Positions 25,015 to 37,708 of a DNA stretch of 64,000 nucleotides are shown in pieces. A model generated the notes under the pieces. That model was not told the origin of the DNA, did no database searches, and saw nothing but the letters and a program-made list of their open reading frames with translations. The position numbers and the translations under genes were made by a program. Origin of the DNA: Callorhinchus milii. Taxonomy: Eukaryota. Location: the NCBI RefSeq assembly GCF_018977255.1, contig NW_024704742.1:125800001-125864000 (forward strand), read 5' to 3'. Every line of letters begins with the position of its first letter. The first letter of the stretch is position 1.

Positions 25015-26367
25015 AACTTGCCTTCTTGCCGAAGTCCTAGAATGCGTTGTTGCCAATCAACTCCACACATGCCTCTCCTCCCACTCCCTCTTCGAACCCC
25101 TCCAGTCCGGTTTCCGCCCTGTCCACAGTACATACTGCGCTTGTGAAAGTCTCAAATGACATTCTCTCTATCGGTAACCAAGGCTCCCTCTGCCTCCTTG
25201 TCCTCTTGGACCTCTCCGCCACAGTTGATCACGCCATCCTACTCCACCACCTTTCCTCCGTCATTCATCTCAGTGGGACCGCACTCGCCTGGTTCGAGTC
25301 CTACCTCACAAACCACCAGCAGTACATCTCCACAAACGGCTTCTCCTCCCGCTCTCACCCGGTTATCTGCAGGGTACCCCAAGGAACCATCCTTGGCCTC
25401 CTCTTCTTCCTAATCTACATGCTCCCTCTTGGGGATGTCATCCGCAGACATGGGGCACACTTCCACATGTACGCGGACGACACCCAATTCTATTTTTCCA
25501 CCTCACTTTGCAACCCCCCAGTCCCCTGATGTTCTGTCAGCCTGCCTGTCAGACATCAAGAGCTGGATGAGCACGAATTTCCTTCAGCTAAATGTTGACA
25601 AGATGGAAGCCATACTCTTTGGCTCTCATCAACGTCTTATCGCACAGTTCTCACCTCCTCCACCTACCCGACCTGCCCCTAAAACTCTCCAAACCCTTAC
25701 GCAACCTAGGTGTCAGGTTCGACCCCCAGTTATCCTTCCTCCCACACATCCGGTCCCTCACGAGCACCGCTTTCTTCCACCTCTGACGCATCGCCCGTCT
25801 CTGCCAATATCTCACCCCAAAAGCCGCCAAAACCCAGATCCATGCCTTTGTCACCTCTCGGCTGGATTATTCAAATACCCTCCACTACCATTCATAAAAT
25901 CCAGTTCATCCAGAATTCTGCCGCCCACATTCTTACCCGCACCAAACTCCGCTCCCTGATTACCCCAGTCCTTGCCTGACTGCACTGGCTGCATGTCCCA
26001 GAGAAGATCAATTTCAAATCCCTCCACTTCTCTGCACCCCCCCTACCTCTCTGACCTCCTCTCTCCTCACAACAGTGCCCGTTGCCTTCGCTCCACCGTG
26101 TCTGGCCTCCTCCTTGTCCCCCAAATCCTCCACTCCACCATCGTCGGCCACTATGCCCCGAGGCTCTGGAACTCCCTTCCTCACACCCTTCGCCACACCC
26201 CCTCTCTTCCTACTTTTAGGTCTCGGCTAGAGACCTTTCTTTTCAACCGTGCCTTTGGTCACCTTCCTCCCCCTCCCACTGGCACGGCCCCGGGATCCGT
26301 TATTGTGAAGCGCTTTGAGACGCCATCCAGTGTGGAGGGCGCTATGTAAATCCAAGTTATTGTTGTT
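25015..26367 (+). mobile_element. L2 LINE RT to 3' end, degraded
   Basis: QSGFRP, LVLLDLS, VPQG, YADDTQ, IQNSAA, TTG tail. Confidence 0.92.
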
Positions 26368-26745
26368 CATAATCTATAATAGTCTCCAGCAATTGGCAGC
26401 TGTTGAGACTTTGAAGAATTTTTAAACAGCGAGGTGGTTGGACCTCCCATTGTCAGTCTTTGCTTTGATGCACTGCTGTGTGGTGCTGTTTCATGATGGT
26501 CAGAACATTTGCTATAAGCTGTGCATCAGTCTGGATCTGAGCGAGGTAAGATCACAGAATTACCATCCTGTTCCTGAAAGCAGAAGCACAGCATGCAAAG
26601 TACAAGAGCCTTAAGATCTCTGCCTAATGTGTACCTAATAAGTGAAGCCACTCACTTTATCTTTCTAAACTGCTGCATATCAAACCGGTTCAGACTAATT
26701 CATAAAACGGTTTGATTGCATTGAGATGACACGTGACTGTAAAAC

Positions 26746-27058
26746 ATAATAATAATAATCCTTGCATGTGATCTAGCGCTTTTCACATCTTCTAAACGTC
26801 TCAAAGCACTTCACAGAATATACTGTAAAGTGAATTGACTGTATTTGTCGGCGAAACGCAGCAGCCAATTGTGCACAGCAGTGTCTCACAAACAGTTGTG
26901 GATTGAAGTGACCAATTTATTATTTTTCTTTTTTCTTGAGGGATTATTATCAGGCATGTGGAGTAAGGAAACTTGCCCAAGGTTTCGCCCTACTGAGAAT
27001 CGAACCCAGGTCTCTTGCTTGCGAGGCGAGTGCTCTAACCACTGAGCTACAGGTCTCC
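26746..27058 (-). mobile_element. Full-length SINE, short subfamily
   Basis: tRNA head with A/B boxes, Deu core, TTA tail. Confidence 0.9.
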
Positions 27059-27609
27059 ACAATAGCAGGTTTGGGAATCAACCCCCCAGCCCCCTTATAC
27101 CCTCCTGACTTCTGGAGAAGGCTTTCATCTCTGATCATATGTTAACACGTGCCATTTCACAGAATGATCTTAGCATAGCTTGTTCATGTATGTGTGAGGT
27201 CATGTGTGGTGCTCTGCCTTCCTTCACTTCACCACAATTGAAGTGGCTACTATCTATACAGCATCCAGTTTGCATCAAATTTAAGTTCTTCAGTACTGTT
27301 ACAGCATTGACGTTTACAGTAATAATAATCATCCTTTTGATAAAGTGTGTTTCACTTTATGGGATGACATTTCAAAGTGTCTCACAGGCCATATTATTAA
27401 GTGTAGTGACTGTGTATTTTGTAGGCAAATAGTGGAAACGCAATGTAGATAGATGGCCCGGCCGCCTCTAATAGTCACGTCAGTAGGTTATAGAGTGTTC
27501 GGTGAATACAAATATATACAAATATAGGACACTCACTTCTGCTAAACACACAGCTAGCTGAAGAGCTTTGTAACTAAATATAGATATTTCTTCTCTCTCT
27601 CTCTCGCAG

Positions 27610-27628
27610 GAAAAGTGAAGCCCAATAG
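27610..27628 (+). CDS. emb: Embigin-like terminal coding exon (KSEAQ*), followed by 3'UTR of unknown length
   Basis: (ct)n cgcag acceptor; G AAA AGT GAA GCC CAA TAG completes RHRKSEAQ*, like embigin RHRKNES..Q*. Confidence 0.75.
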
Positions 27629-27889
27629 AAATCCTTTTGAAGCGCCTTTCTTCTGCCGTGTACAAAGGTGACTCACGCAAATCTTGAATTGCTACTAGAT
27701 GAACCAAGCAATGAATTGAGCAAATGCTTCCCTGCCATCTGCACTAGAATTAGATCTTCAACCAGCAGACATCCAATGACTTCTCGGTTGTTACTTTCAA
27801 TGCACAGATTTTTCACACTTGATCACTTGCACTAACCTATTCGCAAACCATCCAATATCCAGCAGATGTGTTCCAGCAGAACGCAGGTC

Positions 27890-28050
27890 AGAAATTCCAC
27901 CCAGTCTTTAGGCCTGCAAGAGACCATTTTGATTTAAAATTTAAGATTGCGCAGAATTGTGAAAAATTCTTAAATACAGTCTTAATTGAGAAGTAATTTT
28001 AAGCGGGTCTTTTTCACAGTTGTGCCCAATCTTAAATTGTAAGACCAAAA
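27890..28050. repeat. Fold-back MITE-like element downstream of the emb stop
   Basis: Arms 27938-27966 and 28010-28038 complementary at 26/29. Confidence 0.7.
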
Positions 28051-30493
28051 AGCGCCATCCACTTAAATGCAAGCTGTAGCAAAAGATCAGACTTTGAGCT
28101 TTTGGTGCTGAAATAGTTCAATATTCATCTTGAGTTGCAGGAAATTTACAAGTGAAAGACAGTTTTCAAAGTCAAAATTTTAGTTATGTAGATTGTGGAT
28201 CTGCACTTACAATAAGGTAGGGCTCTTCAGCCTTGAAAAGATATGTCTCAGGAGGGGCATTACAGAGCCAAATTAGATGCTTAATGGAAAACTCAAAGCA
28301 AACCCAGAGCAATAACTTCAGATCCGCCAAAGCAGCAGGAAAAGAGAGCACAGGTCGAAGGTTGTGAAGGACAACTTTTCTTTAGATAGAAGATGAAGAA
28401 TTGAAGCCAGAGTTTAATACTACAAATTCATTCAGCCTTTGAGGGTATCTAAGCGAATAGGTTTGAACCATGGAACCAGATTCTCTCTCTCTCTGTCTGC
28501 CCTCTCTATGTCTGCCACTCTCTCACTCTTTTTGTCTGCTCTCTCTGTCACTCACCTCTCTTTCTCTGCCTTGTTCTCTCTCTGCCCCTTTCTTCCACTC
28601 TATCTGATCTTGGCACTCTGAGGGAAAATCCTTTTCTACATATGTACAAAGTTGTGTTCTTGTGCACAAGATTAAGGCTAATGTCGCATCCACAGTTCTT
28701 GTGAGCAGCTTTGCATAATCTTTTACATGTGGACGACTTGAAGTTTTTTGTCCAGGATCTGCCTCGGGCTGGCAAACATTTTTCTCTACCAGTATTGAGC
28801 ACTCTTAACTATTCACAGGGTGTGCTTATGAAAAAAGAACCAAGAGGCTGTATATGGTTTGTATGGGTCATGTTTGACAATAAAGTGCAACGTAAATTTA
28901 CATTTATAGAGCGCCTTTAATGTTGGGAAGCTGTCCCAAGGCCCTTAATAATCCTGGCTGGGCACCTGAGCTGGGGATGGAAGCTGAGGGAAATGGGGAG
29001 GGGAAAGATGATTCAACGGGTAGTCAAAGAGGTAGGTCTTGAGATGGATCTTTAATGAGGTTTGACATTCATATTTGCTATAGTGATGTGATGCTTGGAT
29101 TGGTACTCTGGAAGGTTGATAGTAAATTGGCTGCAGGGCACTGAAAGGGGCACTGAATTAATATTAACCTCCACTTCATTTTCTTAATAAATCCAAAAAC
29201 TCTGTGTGCAAGAAGTTTATGTGAAAAGGTTGGATTGTGCTTAATCACCTATTGCTTTTGTACAAAGGTAGTGCAACGCATGAGAACAGAGTACAAACGA
29301 ACTGTAACAAAGCTCAAGTATTTATTGCAGTCATATAGGGTTAGAAAGGATAGGGATCTGATTGTGAGAATGGCTGTTGAAAATAATTCAAGATTTCAAG
29401 GAGTAATGAGGCGATGGTCGGGTTGGTATTCTGGAAGATGATATCAAATTGGCTGCAGGGTATTCTGCACCCAGCTCTCTGATGTGACCTGTAAGCCTGA
29501 CTCTTGCCATGTAACTATAATCACCACAGTTTTGGAGATACTTTTAATCAGCAGCAATCTGACAGGAGGCTGGACTGCAGTATTAAATAATGAAGCTCCA
29601 CGTTTCTTTGGTGTACTGGGATCCATGAATAAAAATGAGCTTTTATTGCCTTTATTAGCGCGCCTGCCCAACCCCCTTCCTCACCGCACATATTTTGCGG
29701 CAGTAAACGGTCCCTTTGACCCCTGAAAGCTGAATATTTTCAACACTTCTCGTCCATTTCTGTCACCAATTTGTGAAGTCTAACTTCTGTAAAATGATCT
29801 GGCAACTTTTTCTAAAAGGTAATGTCTAATTATGGCAATTATTTCAAATGATCATTGGGTTAGTTTCTTTCAGCCTTTCCATTGCCCCCTTTTAAGCCAT
29901 GCCAATTGGTGATTGATAAGACTGTATTGGATTTAGAAACCAGCCTTAACTGGCTTTAAAAACGTTCGGTACTAAGAATGTGCTTATTGTCAAAACAATT
30001 GTAAAATTATGATCAATTGCCTCTGAACATTGCACGCTCACTACATGTGACCGTGTTTACAAGAATATCAGTGACAACTTGCACTGTGTGGGGTCATAGT
30101 GTCGAAGTAGGACACCATTGAGCTCCAATGCTTGAAGCAATAGCATAAGACTGTATTCTCCCTGATGGTGATGGCTGTCTCCAGAAATACGCAGAGAAAA
30201 ACACCAGTGTAGACTTGGTGAGCAGAATGACTTCTTCATTTACAGTAACATTCCACATTTAACATGCTGGAAATGAACCAAAGTGGGATGTATGCTTTTC
30301 TCAGTAAACTGACCCCAATACTACTTGTATTGGCCTGAGGATAAATAGGAACTTCAGAGAGTACAACAATTAGATTAGGGTATTGCACACTCGCAGGAAA
30401 TTGTTGATAGAACTGAATGTTTCTTAAAAAAATTACAATTCTTCAGTAAGAGTACCACTAGTATAGATGACAATAATGGTAAAGATAATTCAG

Positions 30494-31432
30494 CAGGGCC
30501 GGATTAAGGGATTGGGTGGGCCCTAAACCAAATCATATTTGGGGGCCCTTTGAATTATGCACACAAAATATTCCACAATAATTTCTTGCAGCACTTCATA
30601 ATTGCAAATATGTTAACTACATGATGCTTTTACCTCCCGCTGGTCTCTTTGTGTATTTGTGAGTGAATTCAATCTATCCTGGATAATTGTAGACTGAATG
30701 AGTTTTTGACTAGATTTATCTTTGAGAACGAGCGTTCACCTTCACAATACTGATAGAGTTAAGAACATACAAAGAGCAACTGCCACATTTGGGAATGTTG
30801 ATTCCACCAAGTGATTCAGTGTCATACGCTTAAGTATTTCTTGAGGAGTTTTCTAACTCATAATATGTGATAGAAATCTAGAAAGTGCACAAATTCACCA
30901 ACACTGTCCACATCAAAATCTTTTTTCAGCGCCACTAAGATAAGCTCTACTGCTGTTAGACATGGCTCCTGCTCTCCAAAATACCTAATACCTTGACTTA
31001 CCTTCTAGACATGTGACTCAACAATAACAACAAAAACAACAAAATTACATTTGTAAAGCGCCTTTTACATTGGGAGGACATCCCAAGGCGCTGAACAGTC
31101 AGGGATCAGAATTCAAGTGTGGGGGGGCAGGGTTGGGGTGAGGAAGGGCAGATGGTAGGAGGGTGGCTGAAGGCACGGTCAAAAAGGAGGGTCTTGAGTC
31201 ATGCCTTGAAGGAGGCAATAGAGGGAGCAAGGCAAAGGGATTTCCACCATCTGGATCTCCACGATGGAGTTCCAGATGGTGGGGGCAGAGAGGCTGAAAG
31301 CCTGCCCGTCGATGGTATGAGGTTGACAGGAAGAGGGCAGCAGGCGGTAAAGGCGTCAGTTATACCCGGGGCCCATCAGACCTCAGGGCCCCCTCAGACA
31401 TCGGGGCCTTAAGCCATGGCTTAGCTGGTTTG
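30494..31432 (-). mobile_element. hAT (Tip100/Zaphod-like) DNA transposon relic with inserted L2 3' fragment (~31020-31320)
   Basis: Terminus CAGGGCCGGATTAAGG, gggccc subterminal repeats at both ends; minus strand ~30660-30810 encodes STFPNVAVALCMFLTL..CEGERSFSKINLVKN..QDRLNSL with frameshifts. Confidence 0.8.
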
Positions 31433-31734
31433 AGGTGTTCTTCAACACTGAATGTATTTGGTTTCATTATGAAACTCAGCTGAAGTTTACCCCCTCCCAA
31501 CCAAAGCTGACGATTTATTTTTGATGTTTCAGTACATCAGATATTGAGCGCCTTTTGTCACCTGCCTGAAGTTGGGCCCTGTTTGTATTGCTGAAGTGAA
31601 ACAATATCACATCAAGCTGTAAAGTGATGAGGAGCATGAGCCCAATCTAAATTTCTAATCACATTACCTCGGAGGGTGAGGAGAATTCTTCCCCTCAATC
31701 ATGGCAGCCCTGAGATTTCTCAAGATCTGAGCGG

Positions 31735-31900
31735 TGAGACCATTGTCTTAAAATTTATGGTAGTGCAGAATAATGGAAAACGTATTCAATTCAGTATTAA
31801 TTTCGAAGACAGTTTTAACATGAAAAATTGCCTTTCAAATTAAGGCAGAATTGAATCATTTTCCTTAATTTTGCACAATACTAAATTTTAAGACAAAGAT
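31735..31900. repeat. Fold-back MITE-like element, same family as 27890
   Basis: ttgtcttaaaattta..gtgcagaa..ggaaaa / ttttcc..ttttgcac..taaattttaagacaa. Confidence 0.7.
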
Positions 31901-32764
31901 CTGAAGGATAAAATCATGAGAATTTTCCATCCTCTGGTTTGTTTTCTTAAGTAATTTAAGAGCTGATCTTATGATATCTTTACAACATAGATGTAATAGA
32001 CAACAAACACCATCTATTTTATCCCAATGTTTCTCTGCAATCCATACAGAGATCCATGTTCCAGTTTGTAGCTGTATTTGAAGTGTGCACAGTTCATGTC
32101 TCTTACATGTTTAATAGAGAAGAACTTAAAATACACTGAAGATTTTTGCTATTTTTGCCCAAATATCACCTGTTCTAGATATACTACATCATTCAGAAAT
32201 ATGTGCTAGGCTTTAACCTTTTTGACTTTTTGAATTTTTAGTTTATCTAGAACAGTAAACTACCTCATACCATGTCCATATACTGAGTTTAAAACTTTTG
32301 ACTGAAAGCGTATAAAAGAGAAATGTATGAGTATGATACAATTATCTCATCCACTGGCATGACTGGTTTGCTAAGGAATTTGAAATCCATTGTTGCCTGT
32401 TCAGTTGTTTTGCTTCACCCACAAAATAAACAGACAATTCACTTTACAGTATATTCTGTAAAGTGCTTTGAGATGTCTCAATGACGTGATGAGGCGATAT
32501 ATCAAGTACAAGGATTATTATTATAAGTTCAGAAAACTATTCCTATTATTTGCGTTTAAGCACTCTGTGAAGAATACTATATAAATCCAAGATGTTGTTG
32601 TAATTATATCTTCTGGAAATACACAGGTTAACTAGAGGTTATCATGTGCTAATTGCTATGCTGTATTTGTTATTGTTTTTTGAGTGATATGATATTAAAT
32701 ACAAGTATTATATCATCTGAAGCATTTTTTTCACTGCACACATATTATCAGTTTCCTCTCCATG

Positions 32765-32985
32765 TCACACACACCATCCTGACTTGGAAATAAATTGCCA
32801 TTTTGTCGTTGTCGTTGGGTCAAAATGCTGGAACTTCTCATCCAACATCATCGTGGGAACACATTCACTACAAGGATTGCAGTGGTTTAAAGAGAAGGCA
32901 TCACCACCACCTTCTCAGGGCAGCCAGGGATGAACAATAAATCTTGGTCCTGCCAGCATTGCCTATCCCCAGATGAATAAAAAAA
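32765..32985 (+). mobile_element. LINE 3'-end fragment (family recalled from shark genomes)
   Basis: accatcctgacttggaaa...caccaccaccttctcaggg...tgaataaaaaaa. Confidence 0.6.
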
Positions 32986-33604
32986 TTATATGCAAAAATA
33001 TTATAAATTCACTTATAAAATTTATAGGCCCTACACTTCACAGCAAATTGGGTAAAAAACTTTAAAATATTCTCCCTATGTGATATCCTACCGACATGAA
33101 AGGCGCTACATCAAATGCAATGATTACTATTGTGCAACATATTTAGTACTACAGTGTGTAACGAGCATGGATAATCCATAAAGTCTTTATTGCCGTACAA
33201 TAATATTCATTATGTGCTTTTTTCTAAACATATTCTACCCTCGGGTTCAAACCTACTAGTATTTCTGTTACTCATAATGTCTCCCACAAACCTCAGATTT
33301 AATTATTTTGTCACTGTTGGAAAAAAAACCTTCAATCTTTATCACTCAAAGCTGCTGTGCACAGAAATACCATAGAAATAAATAAACCAATGTGTTTTAG
33401 GATGGAAATAAATAAAACGATGGTTTTAAAGCATATGAGTCTATGTTTGGAGTTTGTTTTATAAAACCAGGTGTAATATATTTGGGAGCTATATCAAATG
33501 CAAGGATCCTTGTGTTTTGTGTAACTGCATTTTTTCAAATGACTATTTTGTTCCATTTTTGGTCCCCATCAGCTCAAGTCTTTTGAAGCAATTATAATTC
33601 ATGA

Positions 33605-33618
33605 CCACAAGGTGGCAC
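33605..33618 (+). promoter_or_regulatory. Candidate CTCF site
   Basis: CCACAAGGTGGCAC matches the CTCF core in non-repeat sequence; motif match only. Confidence 0.35.
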
Positions 33619-36154
33619 CAAATCCACTTTAAATATTGGGGCGAAAAATCCAATGTTCCGGAACTAATTCCTTGTTTGTGGAATTTATTACATAATCTGT
33701 TATGCAAAATCGTATTATTCCATACTTTCTGAAAACCTGTCTGGTCCTTTAAACTTGAATACCAGATGGAGGTGTTCAGAGACTTTCAGATCAGATTGTG
33801 CCTGGGGTTGGGGAAGGAGCGAGATGTTGGGGCTTATTTCAAAACACATATTAACCTCTTAAACAAGGAATGGAACCTGTTTAGGAATACCATGATTTTT
33901 ACCCATTAATTTTCTTTCTCCAACAGCCACCAAAATGTACAGAATTTTCTTGTTCTTTCTAATTAAACTTTGAACCTTGCCTTTCCATTCATATCTTTCC
34001 ATTCAATGTATCAATGATCACATTATCTAGATTCCCACTGGGTCAGAGTTTAGCTGAGCCATGTGTAAAGCACAGATCTTCTGTGTTACCTTAGAGCCCA
34101 CATTGACATACAACTCATTATAGATCAGATTGTCTGACAGTTCCTCTCAGAGATTACAAGACCTCCTCAAATTGATCTTTAGAGAGCTCTCATTCTTTGA
34201 CTAATTGCAATCATAAGATACATAACAATTGCTAGATGAAAGAAGACCAAGGTCCACCCAGTTCCCCTTCCATCATCCTAGCAGTCGTATGCACGTCAAG
34301 TCCTAATCTCGCAATGAGCACAAAGACATGTATTGAGGCAGACAGATAGCTCCATAGCTCTTTTCATATTAGCAAACAACCCTAAATTGAGAAATTCACA
34401 AACAGGATGGGATGGGCTAATTTTTCATCAAATCAGTAGAGTTCAAGTCCCCAGAAATCACGATCAGGCTGTACACAAAGTATCACACATAGGTTTGGTG
34501 GCCGCAACATAAAGGGGTTCGCTAGCCCCTGGAAACAATTGCAAACGAGACCAAGAAGAAAGATCTCCAGTATTCTAAATGGGGTTGAGAAAGTAAACCC
34601 ACAATGGTCTCAAATGTGCCAAAGCAGCAGAAAAAGAAAGCAGAAGTTCGGGATGCAAGGGACATCATTTCTATATTCAGTAATCTGTTGGTGGATGCTT
34701 CCAGCATGTACTGTATCAGGTTTGCCCAATTACAGCAGAGCACCCAATTGAACTATCTATGCCAACAGCAGCATCTTGGATTACGGCTCAAATAATTGGC
34801 CTGGATGTGAAGGAAATGCCAAAGCGCCTTATTTTGATGTGACAAAAATGTGATAATTATGATTGCACACATACTGTATTGGAATATATTAATTATAATT
34901 ACACACATGACAAATTGTATTTTTTCTCCCTCTTTGCTGAAGTTATTCAAAAGAGAATCAAAATAAAATTAATAAATATTCCTCTAAAGAAAGAGGATTT
35001 TTTTGAGGTTTTGGTCATTAGAAAAAAAAAGTTTGTGCGGGTGAGGGCTGAGGGGAGCAGGCAGTGACAGCTCTACAGGTTTGTTGGCTTTAGTGGCTCT
35101 TATGTGAAATAAATTGAGAAAAACTCTTGCTTGGGAATAATTTGGTAATCTCACTCACAGAAGGTGGAAAAGTACTGGCACAGATTGGTTTGCTCTTTTG
35201 AGGTTGTGGCTGACATCTGTTGTTTATGAGAGAATACAGCAAGCAGCAATTTTTTGTGCTAAATGAAAATTGTCATTTTTCCAAACATAGACGTTTATAA
35301 TTCTAAAGAGAAGGGAGATCCTCCAGGTGAAATTGTTCATTCACTTCCTGGCTGCTTGTGGGACATTATTGTGCACAAATTGGCTGCTATGTTCACCCAC
35401 AAAATACAGTCACTGCACTTTACAGTTTATCCTGTGAAGCTCTTTGGGACATCTTCCTGATGTGAAAGGCACTATACCAAATGTTACGATGATTATTTCA
35501 TGTTCACGTGGTCAGTAACTTATGTAACTTATGAACGGATGTAACCTGAGCCAAGGTTCAGTTTTGCCTTTGTTCAGTTTGTACATACATTAATGGAGTA
35601 GAACCAGATCAATACTCTTCTCCAGTGAATAGTCACTGCACTGACAAGAGGCATGTCAAGTAATTCCCAATTCTGTGACTGTTTGCCATACCCTAATACC
35701 TCCTAGTATCTGAATATCTCTCATTTAAACATCCTTATTGTTTCTGCTTCTACAGCTTTCCAGAGCAGTGTCTTCCAAAACCCTCTCGTTGAAGAAATGC
35801 TTCCAAACCTCAGTTCTAACTGACTTTGTTCTGATTTTAATGCTCTGCTCCCTTGTGATGTTAGTTACATTATTGTTGCATATAGTCTGACAACCTAGGG
35901 TGGCTGGATGAACAACAACAGCATATTGCATTTATATAGTGCATTTCATATTGGGGAGGATACCCAAGGTGCTGGAATTCCACTATTCCAGGAGTTCAAA
36001 GTTGAATCATTCTTTGGAGAATACACAACCAATTATTTGTTTGCAGATCTGAAGATGAATGGATTTATGGATGAAATTGTGAAGAATACAACCAAATTTT
36101 GAATGAAGCACACAGAAGGTAAACAATGGAATTAAATCAGAAAGAGAAACAGAT

Positions 36155-36936
36155 AATAATAATAATCTTTGCATTTGATATAGCTCCTTATCATGTCTTT
36201 GAGATGTCTCAACACGCTTCACAGAATATACTGTAAAGTGAATTGACTGTATATTTTGAGAACAAAACCAATCAGCCAATTGCGCAAAGCAGTGTCCCAC
36301 AAACAGTCAACAACAACAACAACAACAAGATTCCATTTATAAAGCGCCTTTCACGTCAGGAGGACGTCCCAAGGCGCTGCACAGTTGGGTCATGACCCGA
36401 GCAGGGGGGAAATGGTCAGGGTGAGGGGAGGGAAGGGAGGGAGCGAGGAGGGGGGAAATGGTCAGGGTGAGGGGAGGGAAGGGAGGGAGCGAGGAGGGGG
36501 TAGAGAGTCGAGAGGGGAGCTGAAGGCACGGTCAAAGAGAAAGGTTTTGAGACCGGCCTTGAAGGAGGAAAGGGAGGAAGCAAGGCGAAGGCACTGGGGG
36601 ATGGAGTTCCAGAGCCTGGGGGCTGAGAGGCTGAAGGCCCGACCACCGATGGTAGGGCGGTTGGGGCGGGGGACATGGAGCAGACCGGAGCAGTCGTGGA
36701 TTAAGTGATCAAATTATTATTTTTAAAATGATTTATGTTTTTTTAAAGGGGTTATTACCCCGGGAAAAGCAATCCACCAATCGATTAACAACTGGGTTTC
36801 GATCTACTGCTAGGTAAACAGAGGCGTGTGGAGTAAGGAAACTTGCCCAACGCTTTGCCTGGCCCAGGAATCAAACCCAGGTCTTCTCACTTGCGAGGTG
36901 AGTGTGAGCGCTCTAACCACTAAGATACAGGACTCC
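36155..36936 (-). mobile_element. Long-subfamily SINE interrupted by a young L2 3' fragment (36309-36690)
   Basis: ACAGAT TSD around the SINE; CAGTC TSD around the L2. Confidence 0.88.
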
Positions 36937-37401
36937 ACAGATCAAGAGATTACAACACACGTTAAAAAAAATGGAACATATGAAAAATCACCTGTACAAT
37001 GTTATCATTATATAATCAATCAATCAATCAACTGTAGTGGTTAACCTTTTGGCACCAGTAATCTGTGTCCTCAACTAAAATAAAAATCCTGCAGGATTAG
37101 AAGAAATGCATTGCATAGAAAGCTGAGCCGCAAGATTACAGCAGTTATGTCACACAGTGGTTATGTCACTGAACTGGACAGGATTATGTTGCATGTTTGA
37201 TGAGCATAATGGAAATTTACCTTGAACTGCATTAAATTACAACAGAATCATTTAATTAACCCGGCCTAAGAGTCTTTCAGACAACCTTGATCTATGGGTA
37301 CATTACGTGAAAGGAATTAGATCATCATGCATCAGTATATTAATAAATAACAATAAATCACGTTGTCAGCAACTTTCCTGACTTGGAGTAATTGCTGTGA
37401 T

Positions 37402-37708
37402 GTAGTCCCGTAGTTTAGTGATTAGCGCACACGCTCGCAAGAGAGAGGATCTTGGTTCTACTCCCGGGCAGGGCAAAACGTTAGGCAAGTATCCTTACTC
37501 CACATTGCTTTTTCGGGGGTAATCTTCTCTTAAAAATAAAAATTAATCCATGACTGTTTGTGTGACACTGTTGTATGCAATTGGCTGCCTCGTTTCACCC
37601 ACAAAATATACAATCAATTCACTTTACAGAATATACTGTGAAGCACTTTGAGATGTCTCGAAGGCATGATAAGGCACTACATAAAATGCAAGGATTATTA
37701 TTATTATT
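37402..37708 (+). mobile_element. SINE
   Basis: tRNA head, Deu core, TTA tail. Confidence 0.85.
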
